Positions 28,566-38,682 of a stretch of 64,000 bases of DNA are shown piece after piece; position 1 is the stretch's first letter, and every line of letters begins with the position of its first letter. The position numbers and the translations under genes were made by a program. The notes under the pieces were generated by a model. It saw only the letters and a list, made by a program, of their open reading frames with translations. It did no database searches and was not told the origin of the DNA. This DNA comes from Sporomusaceae bacterium (lineage in GTDB: Bacteria > Bacillota > Negativicutes > UBA1444), in the NCBI GenBank assembly GCA_018434355.1, contig JAHDPL010000024.1:128522-192521 (forward strand), given 5' to 3'.

Positions 28566-29510
28566 ATGATCAAAAAAATTGGCGTAATCGGCGCTGGTAC
28601 GATGGGACACGGCATTGCGGAAAGCTTTGCAATGTTCGGGTATAATGTTAATCTGTACGATACCAATGCAGCACAACTGGAAAAGGCGCTGAATGAAATC
28701 AAGGCCGAACAGCAACTGTTGGTGGAAGAAGCCTTCATTTCAGCAGAAAAAGCAGCCGCAACAATGGAAAACATTTCGATCCATACAGACTTGCAGACTG
28801 CGGTTAAAGATCGCGACTATGTAATCGAAGCAGCGCCGGAAAACATGGAATTGAAACAAAATCTGTTCAAACAATTGGATGGTTTTTGTCCGGCGCATAC
28901 CATTTTGGCTAGCAATACATCCAGTTTGTCGCTGGAACCGATGATGGCCCTGGTAAGCGAAGCGCGAAAGCAGCGGATGATGGTTTGCCACTGGTATAAT
29001 CCGGGTCATTTGATGCCGTTGGCAGAGTTGTCCTTCTTTGGCAACATGCCGGCTGATATTTACCAACAGGTGGCGGACCTGTATGCATCAATCAATAAAC
29101 AAACCGTCAAAGTCCTCAAAGATGTGCCGGGGCTGGTAGCCAACCGGATACAACAAGGGGTGGCCCGAGAGGCGTTTTCTATTATCGAACAGGGGATAGC
29201 CGATCCGATCGATGTAGATAAAGCATTGAAGTTCGGCCCGGCTTTTCGCTATGCGACAACCGGTCAACTGGAAGTCGCCGATTTTGGCGGACTTGACATT
29301 TGGTGCATCGTCGGTGACAACCTGCTGCCGGCCATGGATAATTCGACCCAGGCCAACAACCTGTTGCGCCAAAAAGTTGCCGAAGGGAAACTGGGAATAA
29401 AAAGCGGCGAGGGTTTTTTCCGCTATGATGCAGAACAACTGCCTGCCATTCGAAAACGGTTTGCCCAGAAACTGATCCATCAGTTAAAAGCATCAGAATA
29501 CTATAAGTGA
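28566..29510 (+). CDS. 3-hydroxyacyl-CoA dehydrogenase-family protein (likely beta-hydroxy acid dehydrogenase partner of BKACE)
   Basis: MIKKIGVIGAGTMGHGIAESFA NAD-binding fold; 314 aa. Confidence 0.75.
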   Translation: MIKKIGVIGAGTMGHGIAESFAMFGYNVNLYDTNAAQLEKALNEIKAEQQLLVEEAFISAEKAAATMENISIHTDLQTAVKDRDYVIEAAPENMELKQNLFKQLDGFCPAHTILASNTSSLSLEPMMALVSEARKQRMMVCHWYNPGHLMPLAELSFFGNMPADIYQQVADLYASINKQTVKVLKDVPGLVANRIQQGVAREAFSIIEQGIADPIDVDKALKFGPAFRYATTGQLEVADFGGLDIWCIVGDNLLPAMDNSTQANNLLRQKVAEGKLGIKSGEGFFRYDAEQLPAIRKRFAQKLIHQLKASEYYK

Positions 29511-29523
29511 GGGGAGTGTCAAT

Positions 29524-30864
29524 ATGCTTTGGAGATTGTCAAAAAAGTTCCAGTTTGCTGCTGACCGGATCATTCCCGACTCGTTCGTTTTTTGCGTAAT
29601 TCTGACTTTGCTGGCTTTTATTGCCAGTCTTGCAATGACGCCAGCAGGCCCGGAAAAGATCGTTCTTGGTTGGTATAATGGTCTTTGGACTATGATCGCT
29701 TTTGCATTCCAGATGTCGTTCATGGTGGTCTGCTGCGGTGCGGCTGCAAAAGCCCCTCTGGTGGAAAAGTTCCTGTCCAGGGCAGCGCAAATCCCCAAGA
29801 CTCCGTCAGCTGCCATGGTGCTTTTACTGGTGTTTGGTTTTGTATCAAGCTTGATCAACTGGGCTTTCTCGACGATTTTGACACCGATCTTTGCGATGCA
29901 GCTTTCCCGTAACGTAAAAGGGTTGCACTTCCCGTTGATGATTGCCGCCGGATACACTACGATGGTGCTGGGGCAGACCTGGTGCCCGAGTGCTTCGTTA
30001 TATGCACTTGTCGCAACAAAAGGTCATTTTCTGGAAAAAAGTATCGGCACATTTTCTCAGGACGTAACGGTCTACAATCCTGTGAACACGGTATTGTTCT
30101 TTATCTTGGTTGCAACAGTCATTTTCCTCGGCGTGTTCACACGGCCGCCGGAAAATGAAGTCATCATGTACAATCCAGGGGTGGAAGAAAAAGTTGTCGC
30201 TGTACAAGAAGAAGCTGATGTGACATTGGCTGACAAAATGAATGGTAGCAGAATCCTGATGCTGATCATCGGCGCGGCCGGACTGTTTGTCATTGGAGAC
30301 AGCATATTGAAAAAAGGCATCATGAAATCGCTGGACTTCAACTTTGTCATCTTCCTGTTCCTGACGCTCAACGCATTTCTCTACAACACGCCGAAAAAAT
30401 TCGTCGATGCATTTAAGGACACGATGCGTTCTGCTTCTGAAGTCATGTTGCAGTTCCCGTTCTATGGCGGCATCATGGGAATGATGATGGCGTCCGGTCT
30501 TGGTAAAGTGTTGGCCGACTTCCTCATTCGTATCGCCAGTCAGGATACGATTTACATGTACTCGTTCCTTTCAGCAGCCTTTGTCAATCTGTTCATTCCT
30601 TCCCAAGGCGGTCAATGGATTGTCCAAGGTCCGATCCTGATGGAGGCAGGCAAAGCGATGAATGCGAATTTGCCGCTGATTATGAACGCTTTTGTAGCAG
30701 GAGACGAAGTAACAAACTTGTTGCAACCGTTATACGTAATTCCCGCATTGGCGCTTGTTGGCATGAAACTGAAGGAAGTATGGGGTTTCATGGCCTTTAT
30801 CTGCACTTTCTGGTTGGTGATTGCTTCTGTCGGTTTTGTTGTACTACCTAAAATTCTGATGTAA
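29524..30864 (+). CDS. atoE: AtoE-family short-chain fatty acid transporter, paralog 2
   Basis: 446 aa, collinear similarity with 6092-7417 product (e.g. IPSGGGQW/IPSQGGQW, GPIMMQA/GPILMEA). Confidence 0.75.
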   Translation: MLWRLSKKFQFAADRIIPDSFVFCVILTLLAFIASLAMTPAGPEKIVLGWYNGLWTMIAFAFQMSFMVVCCGAAAKAPLVEKFLSRAAQIPKTPSAAMVLLLVFGFVSSLINWAFSTILTPIFAMQLSRNVKGLHFPLMIAAGYTTMVLGQTWCPSASLYALVATKGHFLEKSIGTFSQDVTVYNPVNTVLFFILVATVIFLGVFTRPPENEVIMYNPGVEEKVVAVQEEADVTLADKMNGSRILMLIIGAAGLFVIGDSILKKGIMKSLDFNFVIFLFLTLNAFLYNTPKKFVDAFKDTMRSASEVMLQFPFYGGIMGMMMASGLGKVLADFLIRIASQDTIYMYSFLSAAFVNLFIPSQGGQWIVQGPILMEAGKAMNANLPLIMNAFVAGDEVTNLLQPLYVIPALALVGMKLKEVWGFMAFICTFWLVIASVGFVVLPKILM

Positions 30865-30892
30865 TCCTATCTCAGTCAGTTTCATCATCCCG

Positions 30893-30916
30893 CCTCCCGC
30901 AAGGGAGGCTTTTTTC
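30893..30916 (+). terminator. Rho-independent terminator
   Basis: GCCTCCCGCAAGGGAGGC + T6. Confidence 0.85.
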
Positions 30917-30997
30917 GTATAGCAAAGAATTTTTGCTGAAAAAAGGAGAATCGCCGTGCAAAATGGAAACATACATAAAACATGAAAGGGGCCGCGT

Positions 30998-31930
30998 ATG
31001 CAACAGAACCTCTATAACCCGGAACAAATGCTGGTAGAATACCACTATCGATATTTCAAACATTTCGTTGTAATCTGTGACGTCGAACTTCGCGTAGCTT
31101 GGTGCAATAACGAGTTCCTGCGACTCGCCAATTTGGAAAAGATTCCGGTCGGCGTTCCCATCAACGAGTTTCTTTCCACCGATGGACAACTGAGTTTGCG
31201 CGACCTGGACAATAATCCGGATCGTAACATAGTGTTGGGTTTTTCTTTTAAAGGAAACGCTTCCGCTCATAACTGCATTTTGCTTAAACGCCAGGGTCAG
31301 CTGATGATTGTGGCGCAGGATACTGTGCAGGCGGACCTGGGCACGATGGCAGACATGGGGAAAATCAATTATGAAATGGCAACCTTGACCCGAGAGTTGA
31401 GCGAGAAAAAGACTGCACTGGAAAATGCTTATGCAAAAATCAGTGAGTTGATTTCAACCGATTATCTGACCGGTTTGGCTTCTCGCAAATATATTCATGA
31501 ATCATTTGTCAAAGCGATAAGTTACGCCAAACGGACAGCGACTCCGCTGACCATCATCATGGCCGATTTGGATTTTTTTAAGCAAGTGAACGATAATTAC
31601 GGCCATCTTATGGGAGATAAGGTTCTGGTGGCGGTTGCCAAACTAATCCGCCGCAGTATGCGAAACGAGGATCTGGCCGGCCGGTTTGGCGGTGAAGAGT
31701 TCATCATGATTTTGGTCGGGACAGATCAGGCTGGCGGCAAAATATTTGCCGAGCGATTACGACAAAAAACCGAGCAGATGAAAGTAAGCGGCGTGCCGTC
31801 GAAGATTACGATGAGTCTTGGCGTCACAGCGTTTCTGCCTGACGATACCCCTGATGATGCAATCCGTCGGGCGGATGAAGCCATGTATATGGCAAAGCGT
31901 GCCGGGCGCAATCAGGTGGTCGTGCTTTAA
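30998..31930 (+). CDS. diguanylate cyclase (GGDEF) with N-terminal sensor domain
   Basis: RFGGEEF active-site motif, DYLTGL, MADLDFFKQVND. Confidence 0.8.
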   Translation: MQQNLYNPEQMLVEYHYRYFKHFVVICDVELRVAWCNNEFLRLANLEKIPVGVPINEFLSTDGQLSLRDLDNNPDRNIVLGFSFKGNASAHNCILLKRQGQLMIVAQDTVQADLGTMADMGKINYEMATLTRELSEKKTALENAYAKISELISTDYLTGLASRKYIHESFVKAISYAKRTATPLTIIMADLDFFKQVNDNYGHLMGDKVLVAVAKLIRRSMRNEDLAGRFGGEEFIMILVGTDQAGGKIFAERLRQKTEQMKVSGVPSKITMSLGVTAFLPDDTPDDAIRRADEAMYMAKRAGRNQVVVL

Positions 31931-31994
31931 CAAGGTTGGCAACTGAGTTTTAGGCTAAGCCTTGATTTTTGTTGTTGATTTCGGTATGATGTTT

Positions 31995-32240
31995 GCAGTC
32001 ACGGTGATGCGGGAAACAGTAACCTGGTCAGATCCGACAGGATCTTCAGCGAGCCGGAGAGGGTGAAAGCCCGGCGATAACAGGTGAAAGGCATTCCCAA
32101 ACCGCGGGAGGAACAGTCCGGATATCGGACCCAGTAAACCCCGCCATAAAAACAAGGTGGACCCGATTTGGGTCAAGCAGGGTGGAACCGCGGGCAATCC
32201 CGTCCCTGCAACGATATCGTTGCAGAGACGGGTATTTTTA
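31995..32240 (+). promoter_or_regulatory. glycine-specific T-box leader (riboswitch) of glyQS
   Basis: T-box motif AGGGTGGAACCGCGGG (32179-32194), candidate GGC specifier, terminator CCCGTCCCTGCAACGATATCGTTGCAGAGACGGG + U-run. Confidence 0.8.
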
Positions 32241-32272
32241 TCGCCATTTTTAGCATGGAGGAGGAAAACAGT

Positions 32273-33148
32273 ATGACGTTTCAGGAAATTATTCTAACGC
32301 TGCAAAAATTCTGGTCCGGTCAGAATTGCCTGATCCAACAGCCGTATGACGTGGAGAAAGGAGCCGGTACGATGAATCCGGCGACCTTTTTGCGTGCACT
32401 GGGGCCGGAACCTTGGAATGTGGCCTATGTGGAGCCGTCGCGTCGTCCCAATGACGGTCGTTATGGTGACAACCCAAACCGCTTGTTCCAGCATCATCAG
32501 TATCAGGTGATTATGAAACCGTCACCGCTGAACATCCAGGAACTATATCTGGAGAGTTTGGCTCAGCTCGGCATCAAGGCTGCGGAGCACGATATCCGGT
32601 TCGTAGAGGACAACTGGGAGTCTCCGACACTTGGCGCCTGGGGTCTGGGCTGGGAAGTATGGCTTGACGGTATGGAAATCACTCAGTTCACCTATTTCCA
32701 GCAAGTCGGCAGTATCGACGTGAAACCGGTCTCAGTTGAAATCACCTATGGCTTGGAGCGGCTATCGATGTACATCCAGGGCAAGGAAAATGTGTTTGAC
32801 ATCGAGTGGGTGGATGGCGTGACCTATGGCGATGTGTTCCACCGCAATGAAGTCGAGCATTCTTTCTACAACTTTGAGATTGCTGATACCGATATGTTGT
32901 TCCGGCTGTTTGATATGTATGAGAAGGAAGCGACCCACGTGGTCGATTTGGGATATGTGCTACCGGCGTACGATTATGTGCTGAAGTGTTCCCATACATT
33001 CAATCTGCTCAATTCGCGCGGCGCAATCAGCGTGAGTGAGCGGACGGCCTTTATCGGACGGGTGCGCAACCTGGCGCGGCTTTGTGCGCAGGGATATCTG
33101 GATCAGCGGGAAAAACTCGGATTTCCGTTGTTGAAGGGGGCGAAATAA
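32273..33148 (+). CDS. glyQ: glycine--tRNA ligase alpha subunit
   Basis: [36 protein letters not shown]; ORF track extension to 32168 covers the T-box. Confidence 0.95.
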   Translation: MTFQEIILTLQKFWSGQNCLIQQPYDVEKGAGTMNPATFLRALGPEPWNVAYVEPSRRPNDGRYGDNPNRLFQHHQYQVIMKPSPLNIQELYLESLAQLGIKAAEHDIRFVEDNWESPTLGAWGLGWEVWLDGMEITQFTYFQQVGSIDVKPVSVEITYGLERLSMYIQGKENVFDIEWVDGVTYGDVFHRNEVEHSFYNFEIADTDMLFRLFDMYEKEATHVVDLGYVLPAYDYVLKCSHTFNLLNSRGAISVSERTAFIGRVRNLARLCAQGYLDQREKLGFPLLKGAK

Positions 33149-33149
33149 A

Positions 33150-35363
33150 ATGGCGAAAGATTTGTTGTTTGAAATCGGTACAGAAGAGATTCCGGCGCGG
33201 TTTATGCCGGGAGCACTGGCCCAACTCGCAGAAAATGCCGCTAAGGCTTTCACGGAAGCCCGGATCGGCTATGGAGAAATCCGAACCTATGGCACGCCGC
33301 GCCGGTTGGCTCTGATTGTTACTTCTGTTGCAGAAATGCAGGCCGATCAGGTCACCCGCAAAAAGGGTCCTTCGGCAAAGGTCGCTTTTGGTCCAGACGG
33401 ACAACCCTCCAAGGCGTTGGAAGGTTTTGCCCGTAGTTCGGGCGTTGCTGTCGCCGACCTGGTCAAGGAAGAAGAGTATCTGTATGCCGTTCTGCACGAA
33501 ACAGGAAAGCCGGTTGCCGGTCTATTGCCTGGGATTCTTGAGCAATTGGTGGATACACAAAATTTCCCCAAGAACATGCGTTGGGGCGATTTGGATTTCA
33601 AATTTGTTCGACCGATTCATTGGCTGGTAGCGCTGTGTGGAAAAGAGGTCGTTCCGCTGACGATAGCTGGAATTGCCGCAGACAATGTCAGTAAAGGGCA
33701 TCGGATTCTCGGATCCGATCATGTCGAAATTGTTGATGCTGCAGATTATAAGGGAAAAATGGCGGCGAATTTTGTTGTTGTAGACCAAGATGAGCGTCGC
33801 CGGATGATTCGCGAACAAGTAGAAGCAATCGCGCTCGAACAGGGGGGTACCGCCACAATTGATGATGAACTGCTGGAAGAAGTGCTTTACCTTGTGGAAT
33901 ATCCGACTGCATTGTGCGGTCGTTTTGAGGAAAAATATCTTGAATTGCCGGTAGAAGCAATCATTACGCCGATGCGTGAGCATCAACGTTATTTTCCGGT
34001 TTTTAGTAAAGAAGGCCGCTTGCAACCGGTGTTTATCACTGTCCGTAACGGCGGCAGTGAACATATTGATAATGTGCGTCATGGTAACGAACGTGTGTTG
34101 CGGGCCCGTCTGGCCGATGCCCGGTTCTTCTTCGAGGAGGATCGAAAAACTCCCTTGATTGATCGGGTCGATAAGCTGAAGACCATCGTGTTCCAGGAAG
34201 GTCTCGGCACGATGTACGATAAGGTGCAACGACTGCGTAACCTATCGGTGCTGATTGGAAAAATGATGGGATTGGATGACAACAGTCTGAAGGAAGTTGA
34301 CCGGGCGGCAGAATTGGCAAAAGCCGACCTGGTGACGGGGATGGTCTGCGAATTTACCGAACTGCAGGGCGTGATGGGGCGTGAATACGCCAAGTTGTCA
34401 GGTGAGTCGGCGGCGGTGTCAGAAGCGGTGTTCGAGCACTATCTGCCGCGTTTTGCCGGCGACATCCTGCCGCAAACTCAGGCCGGAAGGGCTGTTGCCA
34501 TTGCAGATAAGATCGACAATATCGTGACAACCTTCAGTCGGGGCAAAATTCCGACCGGTTCGCAGGATCCCTATGCATTGCGGCGTCAGGCGCTTGGTGT
34601 CGTAAATATTCAGATTGACGGAAAGCTGTCCTTGTCGACGGTGCACATCATCATGGCTGCTCTCGATCTGGTCGGGATCAAAGACGAACAGAAACGGATC
34701 CAGATCGTTACGGCGATGAATGAATTTTTCAAACAACGCTTGAATGTGAAAAATGTACTTGGCGATGCCGGCGTTCGTCATGATGTGATCGAAGCGGTGC
34801 TAGGCGCTGGAAATAACAACGTTTATCAGGTATGGTTGCGCGCTAACGCCATGATGACTGCAGAGGGCATGACGGCGATGGAAAAAGCGGTGGAAGCATT
34901 TACCCGCGCCGCCAATCTGGCGAAAAAGAGCGAGGCGGATACTTCGGTGCTGGGCGTTGGCGAATCGGTCGAGCAAGTTTGGCAGCGGGCCAAGACGTTG
35001 GCGAGCCATGAAGGTATAAGCATTGACGAAGCTATGATTCGTTTTGTCAGTTTATCACGTAAGCAGGACGCCGAAAAAATTGACGAAACTTTGTTCGAAG
35101 TTGAAGCGGAAAAAGCTTTATTCAGAGCTTATCAAACCGCGCGGGCCCGAATCGATGAATTGACGGCTGCGCATGATTATGTGGGAGCTTTGCAGGTGGT
35201 CGCGGAAATTGCGGCGCCAATCGATGCGTTTTTTGCCGCGGTGATGGTCATGGTGGATGATCAGGCGGTCCGAAACAACCGACTTGCTCTGCTACTTGCG
35301 ATAACCAGTCTTACGACCGGTATCGTGGACCTGAGTAAAATCGTATTGCCCGCTAAAGCATAA
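33150..35363 (+). CDS. glyS: glycine--tRNA ligase beta subunit
   Basis: MAKDLLFEIGTEEIPARFMP; 737 aa. Confidence 0.95.
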   Translation: MAKDLLFEIGTEEIPARFMPGALAQLAENAAKAFTEARIGYGEIRTYGTPRRLALIVTSVAEMQADQVTRKKGPSAKVAFGPDGQPSKALEGFARSSGVAVADLVKEEEYLYAVLHETGKPVAGLLPGILEQLVDTQNFPKNMRWGDLDFKFVRPIHWLVALCGKEVVPLTIAGIAADNVSKGHRILGSDHVEIVDAADYKGKMAANFVVVDQDERRRMIREQVEAIALEQGGTATIDDELLEEVLYLVEYPTALCGRFEEKYLELPVEAIITPMREHQRYFPVFSKEGRLQPVFITVRNGGSEHIDNVRHGNERVLRARLADARFFFEEDRKTPLIDRVDKLKTIVFQEGLGTMYDKVQRLRNLSVLIGKMMGLDDNSLKEVDRAAELAKADLVTGMVCEFTELQGVMGREYAKLSGESAAVSEAVFEHYLPRFAGDILPQTQAGRAVAIADKIDNIVTTFSRGKIPTGSQDPYALRRQALGVVNIQIDGKLSLSTVHIIMAALDLVGIKDEQKRIQIVTAMNEFFKQRLNVKNVLGDAGVRHDVIEAVLGAGNNNVYQVWLRANAMMTAEGMTAMEKAVEAFTRAANLAKKSEADTSVLGVGESVEQVWQRAKTLASHEGISIDEAMIRFVSLSRKQDAEKIDETLFEVEAEKALFRAYQTARARIDELTAAHDYVGALQVVAEIAAPIDAFFAAVMVMVDDQAVRNNRLALLLAITSLTTGIVDLSKIVLPAKA

Positions 35364-35397
35364 GATAAGGCGAATTGATCGAATAAAGAACTTAATT

Positions 35398-35434
35398 GAC
35401 CGATGTTGGGATTTCCTGACTTCGGTCTTTTTTT
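35398..35434 (+). terminator. Rho-independent terminator after glyS
   Basis: GACCGA...TCGGTC hairpin + T7. Confidence 0.7.
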
Positions 35435-35460
35435 ATAGGATTTGCTGGTGGAATAAGAAT

Positions 35461-35500
35461 AAATAATGCCAATATAGTATATGCTATATTGGCATTATTT
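35461..35500 (+). repeat. 40-bp perfect inverted repeat (17-bp arms, 6-nt centre) in ppsA promoter region
   Basis: AAATAATGCCAATATAG tatatg CTATATTGGCATTATTT. Confidence 0.85.
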
Positions 35501-35546
35501 ACGTATATATGGTATCATAATCACAAAATAAATAGGAGGCAGCAAA

Positions 35547-38000
35547 ATGACTGAAATACAACATGCAGATTCGTTGGTACTATGGTTTGAACAAATATGT
35601 CGGGATGATGTTGCGGTTGTTGGCGGCAAGTCAGCTTCACTCGGCGAAATGACAGCGCGAACGGGAGTACCTGTACCGTACGGTTTTGCCACAACTGCTC
35701 ATGCATACCGGCTGTTTTTGGCGGAAACCGGGCTTGACAAAAAAATCGCTTTGATTTTGCAGGAACTGACGGATGTCGAAGACAGTCGCCAATTACGGGC
35801 AGTCAGTGCAAAAGTACGTCAGGCAATTGTCGATGAAAAATTGCCTGCTGAGTTTGAAATCGCAATAAGGACGGCATATGCTGCTTTGGCGGAAAAGACC
35901 GGTGAATCCGAACCGTTTGTCGCCGTTCGCTCCAGCGCGACTGCCGAAGACTTGCCTGACGCCAGTTTCGCCGGTCAACAGGAGAGTTATCTCAATGTGC
36001 GTGGCGCCGATGAAGTACTAGAACGAGTCAAGGAATGCTACGCTTCGATGTTTACCGACAGGGCTGTATACTACCGGACAAAAAAGAATTTTAGTCATAC
36101 AGAAGTTGCTTTGAGTGCTGTCGTGCAGATGATGGTTTTTTCAAAAGCTTCCGGCGTGATGTTCACGGTAAACGTTATCAATGGCGATAGCGACAACATT
36201 TTAATTGAGGGATCGTGGGGTTTGGGCGAATACATCGTTCAGGGGACTGTCACGCCAGATCTGTTCTGGGTTGCCAAGCAAAACTTGTCGATTGTTGAAC
36301 GCACAGTTCATGAAAAGCCGATTCAACTGGTCAGACGACCGGGCGGCGGCGTGGTGGAACAAGAGGTTCCCGACGAATTGAAAAGGGTGGCAATTCTGAA
36401 CGACGATCAGATTCGTCAACTGGCCGGCTATGCACTCGATATCGAAAAGCATTATGGCTGCTTTATGGATATGGAGTGGGCGTTGGACGAACGAAACGAA
36501 AAACTGTGGATACTGCAGGCACGGCCGGAAACGGTGTGGTCAAATAAACTCAAAAAACAAACTGCGGCGGGGCACATACAAAATCATCCGATAATGCAAC
36601 AAAAAGAGGAGGTTGTATCAATGAAACGCGAAGTCGAAACAGCGCCAACGGCGGAAAGAACAGTTCTGGTGAAAGGATTGCCGGCTAGCCCGGGACGCGT
36701 AAGCGGCATTGCCCATGTGATTCTGTCTCCGAACTTGATTGATAACTTTAAAGAAGGCGAAATTTTGGTTACAGAAATGACGGCGCCGGATTGGGTTCCG
36801 GCCATGAAAAAAGCTAAAGCGATTGTTACCGATTCCGGCGGGATGACCTGTCACGCTTCAATCGTGAGCCGAGAACTGGGGATTCCCTGCGTGGTGGGGA
36901 CCAAAAGCCGAGGAACATCCGCTACGCTGAAAATTGAGACCGGTATGCAAATCACGGTGGATGCGACGAATGGGGTCATCTATGAAGGCGTGATCAGCGA
37001 CTTGATTGCACCGCCACGTCCAGCGGAAGCGGGGCCGGGATTTGCGGTGGAGACGTTTCCGGTAACCGGCACAAAGATATACATGAATCTGGGTGACCCC
37101 GACCTTGCGCAACGTTATGCCCCGCTGCCCAGCGATGGTATCGGTCTGATGCGGGAAGAATTCATCTGGACGACATTCATTCATGAGCACCCGATGTATC
37201 TGATTGAAATGAATCAACCGGATCGCGTGGTCAACGTGCTGGCCGACGCTTTCCGCAAAGTCGCTCAGGCCATGGCGCCGCGTCCGGTTACATTGAGGTT
37301 CAGCGACTTCAAATCCAGTGAATATCGCGACCTGAAAGGCGGAGATAAATATGAACCGGCGGAGCCCAGCTCGTTACTTGGCTGGCGAGGCGCTTCGCGT
37401 TACTATGATCCTCAATATATCGACGCGTTTCGTCTGGAACTGCGCGCTGTGAAAAAAGTGCGTGAGGAATACGGCTTTAATAATCTGCATGTAATGATTC
37501 CGTTCTGTCGCACTGTTGATGAAGCAGCGAAGGTTACTGCACTGATGGCGGAAGAAGGTCTGCGGCGCAGTGCAGATTTTAAGGTCTGGTTGATGGCAGA
37601 AATCCCCTCCAATATCATTCTGGCCGACCAGTTCAACCAATATGTGGATGGCTATTCGATCGGTTCCAATGATCTGACGATGCTGATCTTGGGCTGCGAT
37701 CGGGATAACGACAGTGTGGCCAAGATTTTTGATGAGCGTAATCTGGCGGTAAAAAGGGCGATTCGTCATTTGATCGAGGTTGCCCATCGTGATGGCAAGA
37801 CAGTCTCGATATGCGGTCAGGCGCCGAGCGTATACCCCGACTTTACCGAATTTTTAGTGCGCAGTGGGATTGATTCGATTTCGGTTAACCCCGACGCAGT
37901 AAAATCAACAAAGCACTGGGTAGCGCAAATTGAACAAAGAATTATTTTGGAGAAGCTGACTGGCAGGGGAATGGCAGAAAATAGCGAATATACATGGTAG
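35547..38000 (+). CDS. ppsA: phosphoenolpyruvate synthase (pyruvate, water dikinase)-like PEP-utilising enzyme
   Basis: 817 aa; N-terminal ATP-grasp region, mobile His domain GGMTCHASIVSRELGIPCVVG, C-terminal PEP-utilisers TIM barrel; AGGAGG RBS. Confidence 0.8.
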   Translation: MTEIQHADSLVLWFEQICRDDVAVVGGKSASLGEMTARTGVPVPYGFATTAHAYRLFLAETGLDKKIALILQELTDVEDSRQLRAVSAKVRQAIVDEKLPAEFEIAIRTAYAALAEKTGESEPFVAVRSSATAEDLPDASFAGQQESYLNVRGADEVLERVKECYASMFTDRAVYYRTKKNFSHTEVALSAVVQMMVFSKASGVMFTVNVINGDSDNILIEGSWGLGEYIVQGTVTPDLFWVAKQNLSIVERTVHEKPIQLVRRPGGGVVEQEVPDELKRVAILNDDQIRQLAGYALDIEKHYGCFMDMEWALDERNEKLWILQARPETVWSNKLKKQTAAGHIQNHPIMQQKEEVVSMKREVETAPTAERTVLVKGLPASPGRVSGIAHVILSPNLIDNFKEGEILVTEMTAPDWVPAMKKAKAIVTDSGGMTCHASIVSRELGIPCVVGTKSRGTSATLKIETGMQITVDATNGVIYEGVISDLIAPPRPAEAGPGFAVETFPVTGTKIYMNLGDPDLAQRYAPLPSDGIGLMREEFIWTTFIHEHPMYLIEMNQPDRVVNVLADAFRKVAQAMAPRPVTLRFSDFKSSEYRDLKGGDKYEPAEPSSLLGWRGASRYYDPQYIDAFRLELRAVKKVREEYGFNNLHVMIPFCRTVDEAAKVTALMAEEGLRRSADFKVWLMAEIPSNIILADQFNQYVDGYSIGSNDLTMLILGCDRDNDSVAKIFDERNLAVKRAIRHLIEVAHRDGKTVSICGQAPSVYPDFTEFLVRSGIDSISVNPDAVKSTKHWVAQIEQRIILEKLTGRGMAENSEYTW

Positions 38001-38026
38001 CATAAACGCAAGGATCTCGGAGAGGG

Positions 38027-38677
38027 GTGTTTTACATTCTACTGACGCCTCGACAGGAACGAATCATTGAAATGGTTAAGGCAGGCGGTCCATTGACCGG
38101 GGAACAGCTTGCCGAGCGGGTGGGGGTCAGCAGGGCGGCATTACGGCCTGATCTGGCTATTCTCATCATGTCCGGCGTACTTGACGCAAGGCCAAAAGTC
38201 GGATATTATTACACAGGCAAGGGCGCTTTCAACATGCTGACCGAGGAGATTTCCCGCTACCGCGTTCGGGATATCCAGTCAGTTCCTGTCGTCGTTTCGA
38301 CGACTACCAGCGCCTACGATACCATTGTGGCCATGTTCCTTGAAGATGTCGGTTCGATTTTCGTAGTGGAACCCGGCGGCATCTTGCGGGGGGTCGTGTC
38401 GCGCAAGGATTTGCTAAAAGCGGCGATGGGAAGTCGCGATCTGCAAAAAATTCCTGTGAAGGTATTAATGACGGGTATGTCGAAAATGATTATGACCGAC
38501 CCGGAAGAGTCTGTCCTGGCTGCGGCAAAGAAGCTGATGGATGGCGAGATTGACAGTTTGCCGGTAGTCAGACCGCTGGGAGCGGAAACGGACAAAGCTT
38601 TTGAAGTGGTTGGTCGTGTAACGAAAACAAACATCACCCGTTTGCTTGTCGAAATGGGACAGGGAAAAAGGAGGTAA
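38027..38677 (+). CDS. ccpN: CcpN-like transcriptional regulator (HTH + tandem CBS domains)
   Basis: RQERIIEMVKAGGPLTGEQLAERVGVSRAALRPDLAILIMSGVLDARPKVGYYYTGKG closely parallels B. subtilis CcpN; followed by PSRP gene as in ccpN-yqfL operon. Confidence 0.8.
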   Translation: MFYILLTPRQERIIEMVKAGGPLTGEQLAERVGVSRAALRPDLAILIMSGVLDARPKVGYYYTGKGAFNMLTEEISRYRVRDIQSVPVVVSTTTSAYDTIVAMFLEDVGSIFVVEPGGILRGVVSRKDLLKAAMGSRDLQKIPVKVLMTGMSKMIMTDPEESVLAAAKKLMDGEIDSLPVVRPLGAETDKAFEVVGRVTKTNITRLLVEMGQGKRR

Positions 38678-38682
38678 CCGTC

